This document shows, piece after piece, positions 9,210 through 18,479 of a DNA stretch of 64,000 bases; within the stretch, counting starts at the first letter, position 1, and each line of letters opens with the position of its first letter. The notes beneath the pieces are model-generated. The model ran no database searches. It had not been told where the DNA came from and saw nothing but the letters and a program-made list of their open reading frames with translations. Source of the stretch: Bacteroidaceae bacterium (GTDB lineage Bacteria > Bacillota_I > Bacilli_A > RFN20 > CAG-826); the NCBI GenBank assembly GCA_963624045.1, contig CAVFNI010000003.1:41022-105021 (forward strand), in the 5' to 3' direction. Both the position numbers and the translations under genes were made by a program.

Positions 9210-9781
9210 AAAAAGAAAAAGCCCAGGAAAAAAGCCCTGAGGAATCGTTGAAAGAGGAATTAGAGCAAGCCAACAAAGAAAAAGAGGAATGGAAGAACAA
9301 ATATTACATGGCCTTCGCCGATACGCAAAATCTCCGCAAATCGCTCGAAAGCGACCATCGCGAAGCCTTGCGCTACCGCGCTGAGGGCTTCCTCGAATCC
9401 TTGCTCCCCGCCCTCGATAGCTTCCATATGGCCCTCTCTTCCTCCCCCCAATCGGAGGAAGCGAGGAATTACCGCCAAGGCTTCGAATTCATCTACCGGC
9501 AGATCATTGCCAGCCTCGAAGCCGAAGGGGTGAGCGAATTATCGCCTAAGGAAGGAGACAAATTCGACCCGTCGTATATGCACGCGATCGACATGGCTCC
9601 TTACGCCGAAGGAAAGGAAGGAACCATCGCTAAAATATACGCGAAAGGATATAAGCTCCATGACCGCATCGTCTCGCCGGTCAAGGTAGCCGTCTATAAG
9701 AAGAAGGAAGATGGCGAGACCAAAAAAGAAGTCGAATCGAATGCCAATAATCAAGAAAAAGAGGCCGATCACGAGGCCTAA
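9137..9781 (+). CDS. grpE: Nucleotide exchange factor GrpE
   Basis: 214 aa. An AAAGGAGA Shine-Dalgarno precedes the ATG at 9137. It has a charged N-terminal coiled-coil and a GrpE core (FADTQNLRK ... FDPSYMHAI ... GYKLHDRIVSPVKV). Confidence 0.93.
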   Translation: MFDKSKKQDKQDKSEPNEEQKEEIKKEKAQEKSPEESLKEELEQANKEKEEWKNKYYMAFADTQNLRKSLESDHREALRYRAEGFLESLLPALDSFHMALSSSPQSEEARNYRQGFEFIYRQIIASLEAEGVSELSPKEGDKFDPSYMHAIDMAPYAEGKEGTIAKIYAKGYKLHDRIVSPVKVAVYKKKEDGETKKEVESNANNQEKEADHEA

Positions 9782-9793
9782 GGAGGAATAAAT

Positions 9794-11620
9794 ATGGCAA
9801 AAGAAATCATCGTCGGTATCGATTTAGGTACCACCAATAGCGTTATCAGCTACTTACAAGCGGATGGCAAAGTCAAAGTCATCCCCAATCCCGAAGGAAC
9901 CAACACCACCCCGAGCGTGGTCGCCTTTAAGGGCAGCGGCGAGGAGATCGTCGGCAACGCCGCCAAACGGCAGATGATCACCAACCCCGACACCGTCCGT
10001 AGCGCCAAGCGCCACATCGGCTTGCCCGACAAATTCCACATCAATTGCCTTAACAAGGACTTCACCCCGCAAGAGATCTCTTCCAAGGTCCTCGCTTATA
10101 TGAAATCCTATGCTGAGAAGAGCTTAGGGCAACCGGTCAAGAAAGCCGTCATCACCGTTCCGGCCTATTTCAACGACGCCCAACGTCAGGCCACTAAAGA
10201 CGCCGGCACCATCGCCGGGCTCGACGTCGTCCGCATCATCAACGAGCCGACGGCCAGCTGCTTAGCTTATGGCCTAGAGAACAATAAGAGCGAAAAGGTC
10301 CTCGTCTTCGATTTAGGCGGCGGTACCCTCGACGTCTCGATTCTCGATATTGGCGATGGCACCTTCCAAGTCCTCGCCACCAATGGCGACACCAAACTTG
10401 GCGGCGACGACTGGGATAACGCCTTAGCCGATTGGATCCACGCCGAGATTCTTCGCGAAACGGGCGCCGATCTCACCGACAAAATGGCCAAACAACGTTT
10501 CTTAGACGCCGCTGAAAAAGCCAAAATCGAGCTCTCGAGCAGCTTAGAGACAACCATTTCTTTGCCGTTCATCGGCATGGGAGCGAACGGGCCGATCAAC
10601 TGGGAAGGCAAAATCACCCGCGCCAAATTCCAGGATTTGACGAGAAATCTCCTCGAACGCTGCAAAGTGCCGATGGAGAAAGCCATGGCCGACGCCAAGC
10701 TTAGCTATAACGAACTCGGCGACATCTTAATGATCGGCGGCTCAATCAGAATGCCGGCCGTCCAAGAGATGGTCCGCAAAGTGACGGGACATGAAATCAA
10801 CCTTTCCGTCAACCCTGACGAAGCCGTTTCCATCGGCGCCGCCATCCAAGGCGGGGTCATCGCCGGAGACGTCAAAGACGTGGTTTTGCTAGACGTCACT
10901 CCGCTTACGCTTGGCATTGAAACCCTCGGCGGCGTCTTGACTCCTCTCATTCCGAGAAACACGACGATCCCGACTACCAAGAGCCAAGTCTTCTCCACGG
11001 CGCAAGATAACCAACCCGCCGTCGACATCATGGTCTACCAAGGAGAACGCCCGATGGCCCATGACAACAAACTCTTAGGCCACTTCCAGCTTTCCGGCAT
11101 CAAACCGGCCCTCAAAGGTCAGCCGCGAATCGAAGTCACCTTCTCAATCGACGTCAACGGCATCGTCAAAGTGACGGCCAAAGACCTCGACACCCAAAAG
11201 TCGCAAGACATCACCATCAGCGGCTCCAACGGCCTTTCGAAAGAGGACATCGACCGCATGGTCAAGGATGCTGAGGCCAACAAAGAAGCCGACGAGAAGC
11301 GCAAAGGCGATATCGAAGTCAAGAACAAGGCTCAGTCTTATGTCGACGAAATTAATCGCACCCTCGTTGAAAAAGGCGAGGGGATGAGCGCCGAGCAAAA
11401 GGAGCAATTGACTAAGCTCCGCGACGAAGCCCAAGGCGCCCTCCAAAGCGATGACATTAATAAGCTTCGCGAAATCGTCGGACGCCTCGAAGACGCCGCT
11501 GCCCAAGCGGCTAGCTATGGCCAAGCCTCTGGCGCAGCCTCTTCCGACGCCTCCAAAGGCGAAGGACACGAAGGGGCTGATGACGTCGTCGATGCCGATT
11601 TCACCGACAAAAAAGCCTAA
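9794..11620 (+). CDS. dnaK: Molecular chaperone DnaK (Hsp70)
   Basis: 608 aa with Hsp70 signatures [19 protein letters not shown] and [14 protein letters not shown]. Confidence 0.98.
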   Translation: MAKEIIVGIDLGTTNSVISYLQADGKVKVIPNPEGTNTTPSVVAFKGSGEEIVGNAAKRQMITNPDTVRSAKRHIGLPDKFHINCLNKDFTPQEISSKVLAYMKSYAEKSLGQPVKKAVITVPAYFNDAQRQATKDAGTIAGLDVVRIINEPTASCLAYGLENNKSEKVLVFDLGGGTLDVSILDIGDGTFQVLATNGDTKLGGDDWDNALADWIHAEILRETGADLTDKMAKQRFLDAAEKAKIELSSSLETTISLPFIGMGANGPINWEGKITRAKFQDLTRNLLERCKVPMEKAMADAKLSYNELGDILMIGGSIRMPAVQEMVRKVTGHEINLSVNPDEAVSIGAAIQGGVIAGDVKDVVLLDVTPLTLGIETLGGVLTPLIPRNTTIPTTKSQVFSTAQDNQPAVDIMVYQGERPMAHDNKLLGHFQLSGIKPALKGQPRIEVTFSIDVNGIVKVTAKDLDTQKSQDITISGSNGLSKEDIDRMVKDAEANKEADEKRKGDIEVKNKAQSYVDEINRTLVEKGEGMSAEQKEQLTKLRDEAQGALQSDDINKLREIVGRLEDAAAQAASYGQASGAASSDASKGEGHEGADDVVDADFTDKKA

Positions 11621-11636
11621 TAACGATTATGGATGG

Positions 11637-11673
11637 TAGGCGCTAGGAGGGTCTCTTAGCGCCTATCGCTTTT
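11637..11673 (+). terminator. Hairpin between dnaK and dnaJ (partial terminator or processing site)
   Basis: A perfect 9-bp stem, TAGGCGCTA / TAGCGCCTA, with an 11-nt loop, followed by TCGCTTTT. It starts 17 nt after the dnaK stop. Confidence 0.5.
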
Positions 11674-11694
11674 AGCAAAAAGAAAGGAGCGCAT

Positions 11695-12822
11695 ATGGCA
11701 ACAAAACGCGATTATTACGAAGTTCTTGGCATCAAGAAAAACGCGACCAAAGACGAGATCAAAAGCGCTTATCGCAAATTGGCCAAGCAATATCACCCCG
11801 ATATCAACAAAAGCCCGGACGCTCCGAAGAAATTCGAAGAAATCCAAGAGGCTTACGACGTTCTTTATGATGACGACAAACGCCGGCAATACGATCAATT
11901 CGGCCACGCCGCTTTCGAAAACGGATCTGGCATGGGCGGGGCTGGTAATCCCTTCGGCGGCTTTTCGAGCCAAGGCTTCGGAGACGTCGATTTGGGCGAT
12001 ATCTTCAGTTCGTTCTTCGGCGGTGGGAGTAGGAGAGGTCGTTCCTCCTCTGGCCCTAGCAAAGGCAATGACACCCTCTATACGGTCAATATTTCTTTCA
12101 TGGATGCCATTAACGGCTGCCATGTGACGATACCTCTCGATTACGATGAGCCTTGCGAACATTGCCATGGCAGCGGCGCCGAGAGCCCAAGCGACATGCA
12201 AACCTGCCCGTATTGCAATGGTCGCGGCAGCGTCCTTAAGCAACAGCGGACGATTTTCGGCGTCATGCAGACAGAGGTGACGTGTGAGAATTGCCATGGC
12301 AGCGGGAAGGTTGTCCGTAACGCTTGCCATCTTTGCCATGGCAGCGGCTATACGCATATCAAAAAGAACCTTGACGTCAATATCCCCGCCGGCATCAACG
12401 CCGGGCAGCAAGTCCGCGTCCGCGGCAAGGGGGAGAGAGGCACTTTAGGCGGCGAAAACGGTGATCTGTACGTTGAAATCAGAATCAAGCCCGACAAGAC
12501 CTTCCGCCGCGATGGCAACGACGTTCATATGGATTTGTCATTATCCTTCGTCTCCTGCGCTTTAGGGGAGAAGATCGACGTTCCGACCGTTTATGGCGAG
12601 GTGAGCGTGGAAATACCCGCGGGCACCCAACCCGAACAAATCCTTAAACTCAAGGGGAAGGGAATCAAGGATCTTCGCGATCCCAAGAAGGCGGGCGATC
12701 AGTACCTTCATATCAAGGTGAAAACGCCGACGGATCTAAGCGCTTCGCAAAAAGAGCTTCTCACCCAATTCCAAAAGGAAGAGGAAGCTCGCAAGGGCAA
12801 GTGGTGGAAGAAGCGCTCGTAA
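11695..12822 (+). CDS. dnaJ: Co-chaperone DnaJ
   Basis: 375 aa with a J-domain HPD motif (YHPDINK), a G/F region and four CxxCxGxG repeats ([32 protein letters not shown]). Confidence 0.97.
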   Translation: MATKRDYYEVLGIKKNATKDEIKSAYRKLAKQYHPDINKSPDAPKKFEEIQEAYDVLYDDDKRRQYDQFGHAAFENGSGMGGAGNPFGGFSSQGFGDVDLGDIFSSFFGGGSRRGRSSSGPSKGNDTLYTVNISFMDAINGCHVTIPLDYDEPCEHCHGSGAESPSDMQTCPYCNGRGSVLKQQRTIFGVMQTEVTCENCHGSGKVVRNACHLCHGSGYTHIKKNLDVNIPAGINAGQQVRVRGKGERGTLGGENGDLYVEIRIKPDKTFRRDGNDVHMDLSLSFVSCALGEKIDVPTVYGEVSVEIPAGTQPEQILKLKGKGIKDLRDPKKAGDQYLHIKVKTPTDLSASQKELLTQFQKEEEARKGKWWKKRS

Positions 12823-12837
12823 AAACGATGAAAAACA

Positions 12838-12876
12838 AAGCCATCAGGAAGCGAAATTCCCGATGGCTTTTTTGAT
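12838..12876 (+). terminator. Rho-independent terminator after dnaJ
   Basis: Stem AAAGCCATC ... GATGGCTTT followed by a T-run (TTTTTTG). It starts 16 nt after the dnaJ stop. Confidence 0.75.
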
Positions 12877-12936
12877 AAAAAAAGAAAACCGCTCAAGCCT
12901 TTTTGTGCTATGCTATTGACGATTACGGAGTCGCTT

Positions 12937-13380
12937 ATGCCAATCTGCAAAAATTGCCATCATTCCATCTCTTCCTTCGACAAAGACGTTTGCCCTTATT
13001 GCGGGGAGAATAATCCCATCGACGAAAATTACGAAACCAAAGACATGACGCAATTCGTAGATCCCGTCTCTGGCGATTATAAGCTTTATAAGAGCAAATC
13101 GCGGAAAGCGAGCGCCTTTTTGTGCTTGTTTTTGGGCTATTTTGGCGCCCATAGTTTTTATTTGGGCTTTTATAGGCGCGGTGCGATTGAAGCGGTTGTT
13201 AGTCTCTTAATCATCGGCGGGATCGGTTCTTTGTTAGGCTTCTTATTGCAAAGGAAGATGCCTTTTTATCTTCCGCATATCATCCTTTTCGCCGTGCTTT
13301 TCCTTGTTTACGCCATTCTATCGATCCGCTACTTCCATAAAGATTCGTTGAAAGATTCGCGCGGGGAGTTTTTGCACTGA
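12937..13380 (+). CDS. Zinc-ribbon / TM2-domain membrane protein
   Basis: It has CKNCHH-x11-CPYCG (a zinc ribbon) and then the TM2-like motif FLGYFGAHSFYLGFY with two hydrophobic helices. I chose the ATG at 12937 because GGAG lies 6 nt upstream; the ORF track starts at 12910. Confidence 0.6.
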   Translation: MPICKNCHHSISSFDKDVCPYCGENNPIDENYETKDMTQFVDPVSGDYKLYKSKSRKASAFLCLFLGYFGAHSFYLGFYRRGAIEAVVSLLIIGGIGSLLGFLLQRKMPFYLPHIILFAVLFLVYAILSIRYFHKDSLKDSRGEFLH

Positions 13381-14105
13381 TGAACCGTTTTTTCGGGGAT
13401 ATCAAGGAAGGATCCGCTTTTTTATCGGCGGAGGATTCCCATCATCTTTTGCGGGTTTTGCGCGCTAAGGTCGGCGAAAAGGTCGAAATCGTTTATCAAG
13501 GGGAACTTTATATAGCTGCGCTCGCCTCTTTGAATCCTCTTTCTTTGAAGATAGAGGAGAAAGTCGCTTTCGATAACGAATTGCCTAGCGATTGCTATAT
13601 CGCCTTCGCCTTACTCAAAGGCGGGCACGATGAATTGGTGTTACAAAAATGCACCGAATTGGGAGCCAAGGGCTTTTTGCCTTTCGTTTCGAAAAGGACC
13701 ATCATCAAATTGGATCGCAAGGAAAGAGTGAAAAGAGAGGAAAGATATCGCAAAATCGTCCTTTCCGCTTCCGCCCAATCCAAGCGTCTATTAGTCCCTT
13801 CGGTCTCTCAAATATTCGATTTTGACGATGTTTTGAAACAAGATGCCGATTATAAATTCATCGCCTACGAAGGCCTTTCTTCTTCTAACCCCTTCTCTTC
13901 TTTCGCGTCTATTTCCGCCATCAAAGAAGGGGCCAAGACAATCTTCCTTATCGGCCCCGAAGGAGGGTTCGAAGAAAACGAAGTCGCTAGGGCCGTTAAA
14001 AACGGCTTTGCCCCGATTAGCTTAGGAAGGAGAATCCTTAGAGCCGAGACGGCCAGCATCTTCCTTTCCTCCGTCTTTTCCTATCTTACGGAGTCACGAG
14101 AATGA
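13380..14105 (+). CDS. rsmE: 16S rRNA (uracil1498-N3)-methyltransferase RsmE
   Basis: 241 aa with an N-terminal MNRFF...HHLLRVLR PUA-like region and a C-terminal SPOUT region (LIGPEGGFEENEV, LGRRILRAETA). It is in the yqeU position of the Bacillus dnaJ cluster. Confidence 0.9.
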   Translation: MNRFFGDIKEGSAFLSAEDSHHLLRVLRAKVGEKVEIVYQGELYIAALASLNPLSLKIEEKVAFDNELPSDCYIAFALLKGGHDELVLQKCTELGAKGFLPFVSKRTIIKLDRKERVKREERYRKIVLSASAQSKRLLVPSVSQIFDFDDVLKQDADYKFIAYEGLSSSNPFSSFASISAIKEGAKTIFLIGPEGGFEENEVARAVKNGFAPISLGRRILRAETASIFLSSVFSYLTESRE

Positions 14106-14866
14106 ATTTGTACGAAAGGCTGCGCAAAGAACAAAGGCCCACCGATTATCAGAAATCCACGGAAGCGCTTTATTTCGCCAAGCATAGCCTTTTGCTTTCT
14201 TCAATCGATATCTTTAAGCCACTAGCTAAAGCCGCTGGACCCTTCGATGTTATCCGCGCCAATATCGTGTTACGTTCTTTGGCCAACAAAGAGAAAATCG
14301 AAAGGGAAGCGCGGAAGGTTACCCGTTTAGAGAAAAATGAAGACGCTCTCTCGCCTAGCGAATTCATCGAAGGAATCCTGAATAATCTGCCATATCTTAA
14401 GGTTAACGGAACGGAGAATTACGTCCCTATTTTGCCCGAAAGCCTCGCATCGCTATATTCCAGGGATTTTTTGAAATTGGAAAAAGAGCCGTATCGCCGC
14501 TTGCTTCATAATTATCAAGCCATTTTGGTCGATCCTTTTGATCTATATGGATATCATCTCTTCGATTCTTATTTCACTTCCCTCGTCCCGATTGCTTACG
14601 ACAAGAAGGCGATGGCGGCTTTCGATTTCGATGCTAACCGCCTTTATTTTATTAACGATGAAGGGCGGCTAGATGACGAAATAGCCCTTTTCGATCGGAG
14701 ATTAGAGAAAGTAAGCAAAACCCATTTGGCCGTGCGATTAAAACGCGTGGCGTCCGCTTATTTTTCTTTTGACCGCGACGCGCTTCTTAAGGCGTTAGTG
14801 GAAGAGAACCTCGTTTCCAACTTCCTGATTCAAGATATAGCCAAAGACAAGCGGGAGGGGAAATAG
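14102..14866 (+). CDS. Hypothetical protein with no recognisable motif
   Basis: 254-aa ORF. Its start overlaps the rsmE stop (ATGA) and its stop overlaps the mtaB GTG (TAGTG). Coding-like composition is the only support. Confidence 0.6.
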   Translation: MNLYERLRKEQRPTDYQKSTEALYFAKHSLLLSSIDIFKPLAKAAGPFDVIRANIVLRSLANKEKIEREARKVTRLEKNEDALSPSEFIEGILNNLPYLKVNGTENYVPILPESLASLYSRDFLKLEKEPYRRLLHNYQAILVDPFDLYGYHLFDSYFTSLVPIAYDKKAMAAFDFDANRLYFINDEGRLDDEIALFDRRLEKVSKTHLAVRLKRVASAYFSFDRDALLKALVEENLVSNFLIQDIAKDKREGK

Positions 14867-16152
14867 TGCCGAAATGCTATGGTTTTTCCCTTGGTTGCAA
14901 GGTCAACGCTTATGAAACGAGACAGATTATCGCCGCTTTGCTGAGCAAAGGATATGAAGAAAGCGACGATCCGTCGAATAGCGACGTGATCCTTTTGAAT
15001 ACCTGCGCGGTCACCTCGACCGCCAGCCAGAAATCGCGGCAGCATATCCGTCGTTTTCGTCATCTCGCCCCGCAAGCCATTTTGGCCGTGATGGGGTGCT
15101 ATTCGAAAGAAGTCGGGGAAGAGGTCTTGCGCCTTGGGGCCGATATAGCGGTCGGCACGGAGGGGAGGTTGTTACTGCTCGACGCCATCGAACGTTACAA
15201 AAAAGAAGGGAAACCCCTTTGCTTGGTCAATAAAGGCCGTTTCAAAGCAGAGCCTTATGAGGATTTGCGCTTCCTTAGTGCCCCGAAGACCGTTCGAGCT
15301 TATGTGAAAATCCAAGACGGTTGCGACAAATTCTGCTCTTATTGCGCGATTGCGTCCTTACGCGGTCCCAGCCGTTCCCGTCTGCCCGAAAGCATCTTCT
15401 ATGAAGTGAAGGATTTGCTTGCCAAAGGCGTTAAGGAAATCGTCCTTTCGGGTGTGGAAATCGGAAATTATGGGCTGGATTTGGGCGATGGAAGCTATCG
15501 TTTGGGTGAATTGTTAAACGATTTGCTTTCCTTTTTCCCTAAGTTAGAGCGGCTTCGCGTCTCTTCTTTGGACGCTAGCGAAATATCGCCGTCCTTCCTC
15601 GAAGCTTATCGAAGATATCCGTCTTTTATGCCGCATTTTCATCTTTCCCTTCAAAGCGGCTCCCTCACGGTTTTAAAGAGGATGCGCCGCCAGTATGACC
15701 CTCAAATGTATTTAAACGCCCTTTCTTCGCTTCGTTCTATCCGCCCCGAAACGGCCATCACCACCGATATCATCGTCGGTTTCCCTTTAGAGAGCGAGGA
15801 AGAATGGGCGGAAACGGTTTCCTTCGCTAGGAAAGCGGCCTTCGCGGATATCCATGTTTTTCCTTTCTCTTCGCGCCCCGGGACCTATGCCGCCACCCTC
15901 AAAGAAGTGGAGCCTATGGTTAAAAAAAGGCGCGTTCATGAGCTTCTTGCCATTGCCAAAGAATTAAGGAGCGATTATGAACGGGCTTTTTATGGCCAAA
16001 AACTCCCCGTTCTTTTCGAAACTTATGACGAAGTCAGGCAAATAGCGACGGGCCATAGCCCCAACTTTTTGCTGATGAAGGCGAAAGCGGCCGCCTCGCC
16101 TATTGGCAAGACACAGTTTGTGATCTGCGACAAAGATACAATATTAGACTGA
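14866..16152 (+). CDS. mtaB: MiaB-family radical SAM methylthiotransferase, MtaB-like
   Basis: 428 aa. It has an N-terminal UPF0004 domain (GCKVNAYE ... LNTCAVT), radical SAM CDKFCSYC, and a C-terminal TRAM-like region. It is in the yqeV position after rsmE. Confidence 0.85.
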   Translation: MPKCYGFSLGCKVNAYETRQIIAALLSKGYEESDDPSNSDVILLNTCAVTSTASQKSRQHIRRFRHLAPQAILAVMGCYSKEVGEEVLRLGADIAVGTEGRLLLLDAIERYKKEGKPLCLVNKGRFKAEPYEDLRFLSAPKTVRAYVKIQDGCDKFCSYCAIASLRGPSRSRLPESIFYEVKDLLAKGVKEIVLSGVEIGNYGLDLGDGSYRLGELLNDLLSFFPKLERLRVSSLDASEISPSFLEAYRRYPSFMPHFHLSLQSGSLTVLKRMRRQYDPQMYLNALSSLRSIRPETAITTDIIVGFPLESEEEWAETVSFARKAAFADIHVFPFSSRPGTYAATLKEVEPMVKKRRVHELLAIAKELRSDYERAFYGQKLPVLFETYDEVRQIATGHSPNFLLMKAKAAASPIGKTQFVICDKDTILD

Positions 16153-16199
16153 TATCTTCTATTTAATATGATTATTTTTAGACATTGTCTAGATATCTA

Positions 16200-16227
16200 T
16201 TGAAGATGTCTTTCTTTCCCTTATAAT
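16200..16227 (+). promoter_or_regulatory. Putative rpmF promoter (TTGAAG-16 nt-TATAAT)
   Basis: TTGAAG at 16200-16205 and TATAAT at 16222-16227, 30 nt before the rpmF ATG, with an AAAGGAA SD in between. Confidence 0.5.
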
Positions 16228-16257
16228 TGACGAGGAAAAAGAAAGGAACCTTATTTT

Positions 16258-16446
16258 ATGGCAGTCCCTCAGAGAAGAACCAGCAAAACGGCTAAAAGAT
16301 TGCGTCGCACCCATTTCAAATTGAGCGTGACGGGCTTGACTACTTGCTCTCATTGCGGCGCGAGCATCCGCTCTCACCACGTTTGCCCCGAATGCGGGTA
16401 TTACGACGGCAAAGACGTCCTTCATCTTAAAAAGGAAGAGAAATAG
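16258..16446 (+). CDS. rpmF: 50S ribosomal protein L32 (Zn-ribbon form)
   Basis: 62 aa, [22 protein letters not shown], with CSHC...CPEC. Confidence 0.95.
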   Translation: MAVPQRRTSKTAKRLRRTHFKLSVTGLTTCSHCGASIRSHHVCPECGYYDGKDVLHLKKEEK

Positions 16447-16451
16447 CCCAT

Positions 16452-16478
16452 AACGTCGCCAAAAGGTGACGTTTTTTC
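16452..16478 (+). terminator. Rho-independent terminator after rpmF
   Basis: AACGTCGCC-AAAA-GGTGACGTT stem (one G-U pair) followed by TTTTTT. Confidence 0.65.
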
Positions 16479-16511
16479 TTATATGGGTTATCATAATCAG
16501 AGGTAAAGAAA

Positions 16512-17171
16512 ATGAATTTAGCCAAATATTTCGATCACACCAACCTTAAAGCGGACGCTCGTCGTTCTGACATCGTCAAATTATGCCAGGAAGCCAAGAA
16601 ATATGGCTTCATGTCCGTTTGCGTGAACCCTTTCTTCGTCCCCGTCGCCAAAAAGGCATTAGAAGGCAGCGACGTATTGGTTTGCACAGTCATTGGCTTC
16701 CCGCTTGGGCAAATGACCCCGAAAATGAAGGCGATGGAGGCGCGTGACGCCATAAGGATGGGCGCCGATGAAATCGATATGGTGCAAAACATCTCGATGG
16801 CCAAGGATCACGATTATGAATTCATCGAACGGGAGATCCGCATGGTCAAGGAAGCGATTGGCGGACATACCCTCAAAGTCATTTTGGAGAATTGTTATCT
16901 AACCGACGAGGAAATTGCCGCTTGCTCAAGAGCGGCCGTTAAGGGCGGCGCCGATTTCGTCAAAACCTCGACGGGATTTGGCAAAAGCGGTGCCAAAGCC
17001 AAAGACGTCGCCATCATGCGGAGCGTTGTGGGCCCTTCGATTGGGGTCAAAGCGGCCGGCGGCATCGCCAATGCCGACGATTTCCGTCAGATGCTTCTCG
17101 CCGGGGCCAATCGCATCGGCACCTCGCACGGCGTGGAAGTCCTTAAGGAATTAAACGGGGAAGAGGATTAA
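16512..17171 (+). CDS. deoC: Deoxyribose-phosphate aldolase
   Basis: 219 aa with the DeoC class I aldolase pattern (KYFDHTNLK, VCVNP, FVKTSTGFG with the Schiff-base Lys, VKAAGGI). Confidence 0.93.
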   Translation: MNLAKYFDHTNLKADARRSDIVKLCQEAKKYGFMSVCVNPFFVPVAKKALEGSDVLVCTVIGFPLGQMTPKMKAMEARDAIRMGADEIDMVQNISMAKDHDYEFIEREIRMVKEAIGGHTLKVILENCYLTDEEIAACSRAAVKGGADFVKTSTGFGKSGAKAKDVAIMRSVVGPSIGVKAAGGIANADDFRQMLLAGANRIGTSHGVEVLKELNGEED

Positions 17172-18157
17172 TCCTTTTCTTTGATTTCGATGATCCGTTC
17201 CGTCAAAAAGGACGGAGAGAAAGTCGTATCGGGCGCAAAGACCTTCTTGCGCCTTTCTTTTTCCTTATTTATATAAGGGGAAGCGGCGCCACGACGACGG
17301 TCGAGCGATAAGTCAAAATATAGTGATATCTTAGAACGCCATTTTGTTCGATAGAACGCTCTCAAGGCCTCTTCTTCGCCATATTTTTCATAAAACAAGC
17401 GCAAGGCGAGGAAGACGTCCAAATGTTTTTCGTGGCGATTGGTGCGTGTCATGGAAGTGAGGCTAGCGGGATTGGTCTTATCGTAGAAATAAAGGGGGTC
17501 TTTGATGGAGACGACGCGTTTGGCGTTTAGGCAAAGGCTTCCTAGCAGTGCCGTATCCTCGAAAAGATCGCCTGGTTTTTCGAAGGAAAGGAGAGGCGAA
17601 TTGAGAAAAAGGGAGCGTTTAAAGAACTTATTCCACATGAAGGAACGGAAGGAAACATCCCTATAGAGCGCTTTTAGGATTGCTTCCTTACCAAGAAGAA
17701 GGCCGCTTTTTTTAAAGGGGCAAGCGCTGATCCCCTTCTTTTTGACGATGAAGAAGGAGGAATTGACGATGTCGGCTCCTTCTTTGATGGCCGTCGCATA
17801 GAAAGAGCTTAAGGCGTTATCGGCGTAATAATCGTCGCTATCGATGAAGCAAACGTATTCGCCTCTAGCTTCCTTGATGGCCTCAATCCTTCCTTTGCTA
17901 GGGCCGAACCGATAGGGGTGCTGGAATAAACGGAAATGCGGGTATTTGGCCATGTATCTTTCCAAAATAGTCAGCGATTCATCCCCTCCGTCGAAGGCGA
18001 AAAGGACTTCGAAGGGCAAGGAGAAATCCTGTCGCAAAAGGCTATCGATGGCGCGAGAAAGGGTCCGCTCGGCTTTGTAGACGGGCATGATGACGCTGAT
18101 AAGGGGGGCGGAAAGGTCTTTCGATAAGGTTTTTGTTCGTTCTTCGTTTTTGTCCAT
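17168..18157 (-). CDS. Family 2 glycosyltransferase
   Basis: 329 aa with the GT-A signature ISVIMPVYKAERTLSRAIDSLLRQ and a DxD-type FIDSDDYY. Its stop shares the TTAA tetranucleotide with the deoC stop. Confidence 0.8.
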   Translation of the reverse strand: MDKNEERTKTLSKDLSAPLISVIMPVYKAERTLSRAIDSLLRQDFSLPFEVLFAFDGGDESLTILERYMAKYPHFRLFQHPYRFGPSKGRIEAIKEARGEYVCFIDSDDYYADNALSSFYATAIKEGADIVNSSFFIVKKKGISACPFKKSGLLLGKEAILKALYRDVSFRSFMWNKFFKRSLFLNSPLLSFEKPGDLFEDTALLGSLCLNAKRVVSIKDPLYFYDKTNPASLTSMTRTNRHEKHLDVFLALRLFYEKYGEEEALRAFYRTKWRSKISLYFDLSLDRRRGAASPYINKEKERRKKVFAPDTTFSPSFLTERIIEIKEKD

Positions 18158-18233
18158 TATTCGATAATGATACTTGTTTTACGCACATAAAAGGATAGAA
18201 TTATTCCAGCCAGTCGGAAGGAAGGTGAAAACC

Positions 18234-18410
18234 ATGGCTATCAAAACGGTTCTCCACGAAGGCGAATCACTCGACGAAGGAATGCGTCGCTTCAAAAGAA
18301 GCGTCAACAAAAGCGGCGTCCTCCTAGAGACTCGCAAACGTGAATTCTTCCTTAAGACCGCTCTCCGTCGCAAGATGAAAAGCGAGCTCGCCCGTCGCAA
18401 AAAATATTAG
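18234..18410 (+). CDS. rpsU: 30S ribosomal protein S21
   Basis: 58 aa, [30 protein letters not shown]...RRKKY, with GGAAGGTGA upstream of the ATG at 18234. The ORF track's 18174 start is a spurious 5' extension. Confidence 0.93.
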   Translation: MAIKTVLHEGESLDEGMRRFKRSVNKSGVLLETRKREFFLKTALRRKMKSELARRKKY

Positions 18411-18416
18411 ACCACA

Positions 18417-18447
18417 AGCCCATTTCGCGAGATCTGGGCTTTTTTTG
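18417..18447 (+). terminator. Rho-independent terminator after rpsU
   Basis: AGCCCA-loop-TGGGCT followed by TTTTTTT. Confidence 0.75.
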
Positions 18448-18479
18448 AACCATTTTTCCGTTTATCGCCCTATCTATTA

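Noticed and set aside
11656-12411. 251-aa ORF antisense to dnaJ. Similar long antisense ORFs lie at 25876-26619 (opposite rpoD), 36687-37319 (opposite parE), 37518-38039, 38487-39014, 30855-31394 and 45673-46320.
   Set aside because: All lie entirely inside strongly supported genes on the other strand and have low-complexity, motif-free translations. They are the usual frame -1/-3 shadow ORFs.
14103-14105. Possibility of the Mollicutes genetic code (TGA = Trp), given the Mollicutes-like features such as the NadD-HD fusion and the absence of T-boxes.
   Set aside because: Full-length, canonical-size proteins come out with the standard code. TGA clearly terminates genes such as rsmE at 14103-14105 and the TM2 protein at 13378-13380, with the next gene starting in overlap.
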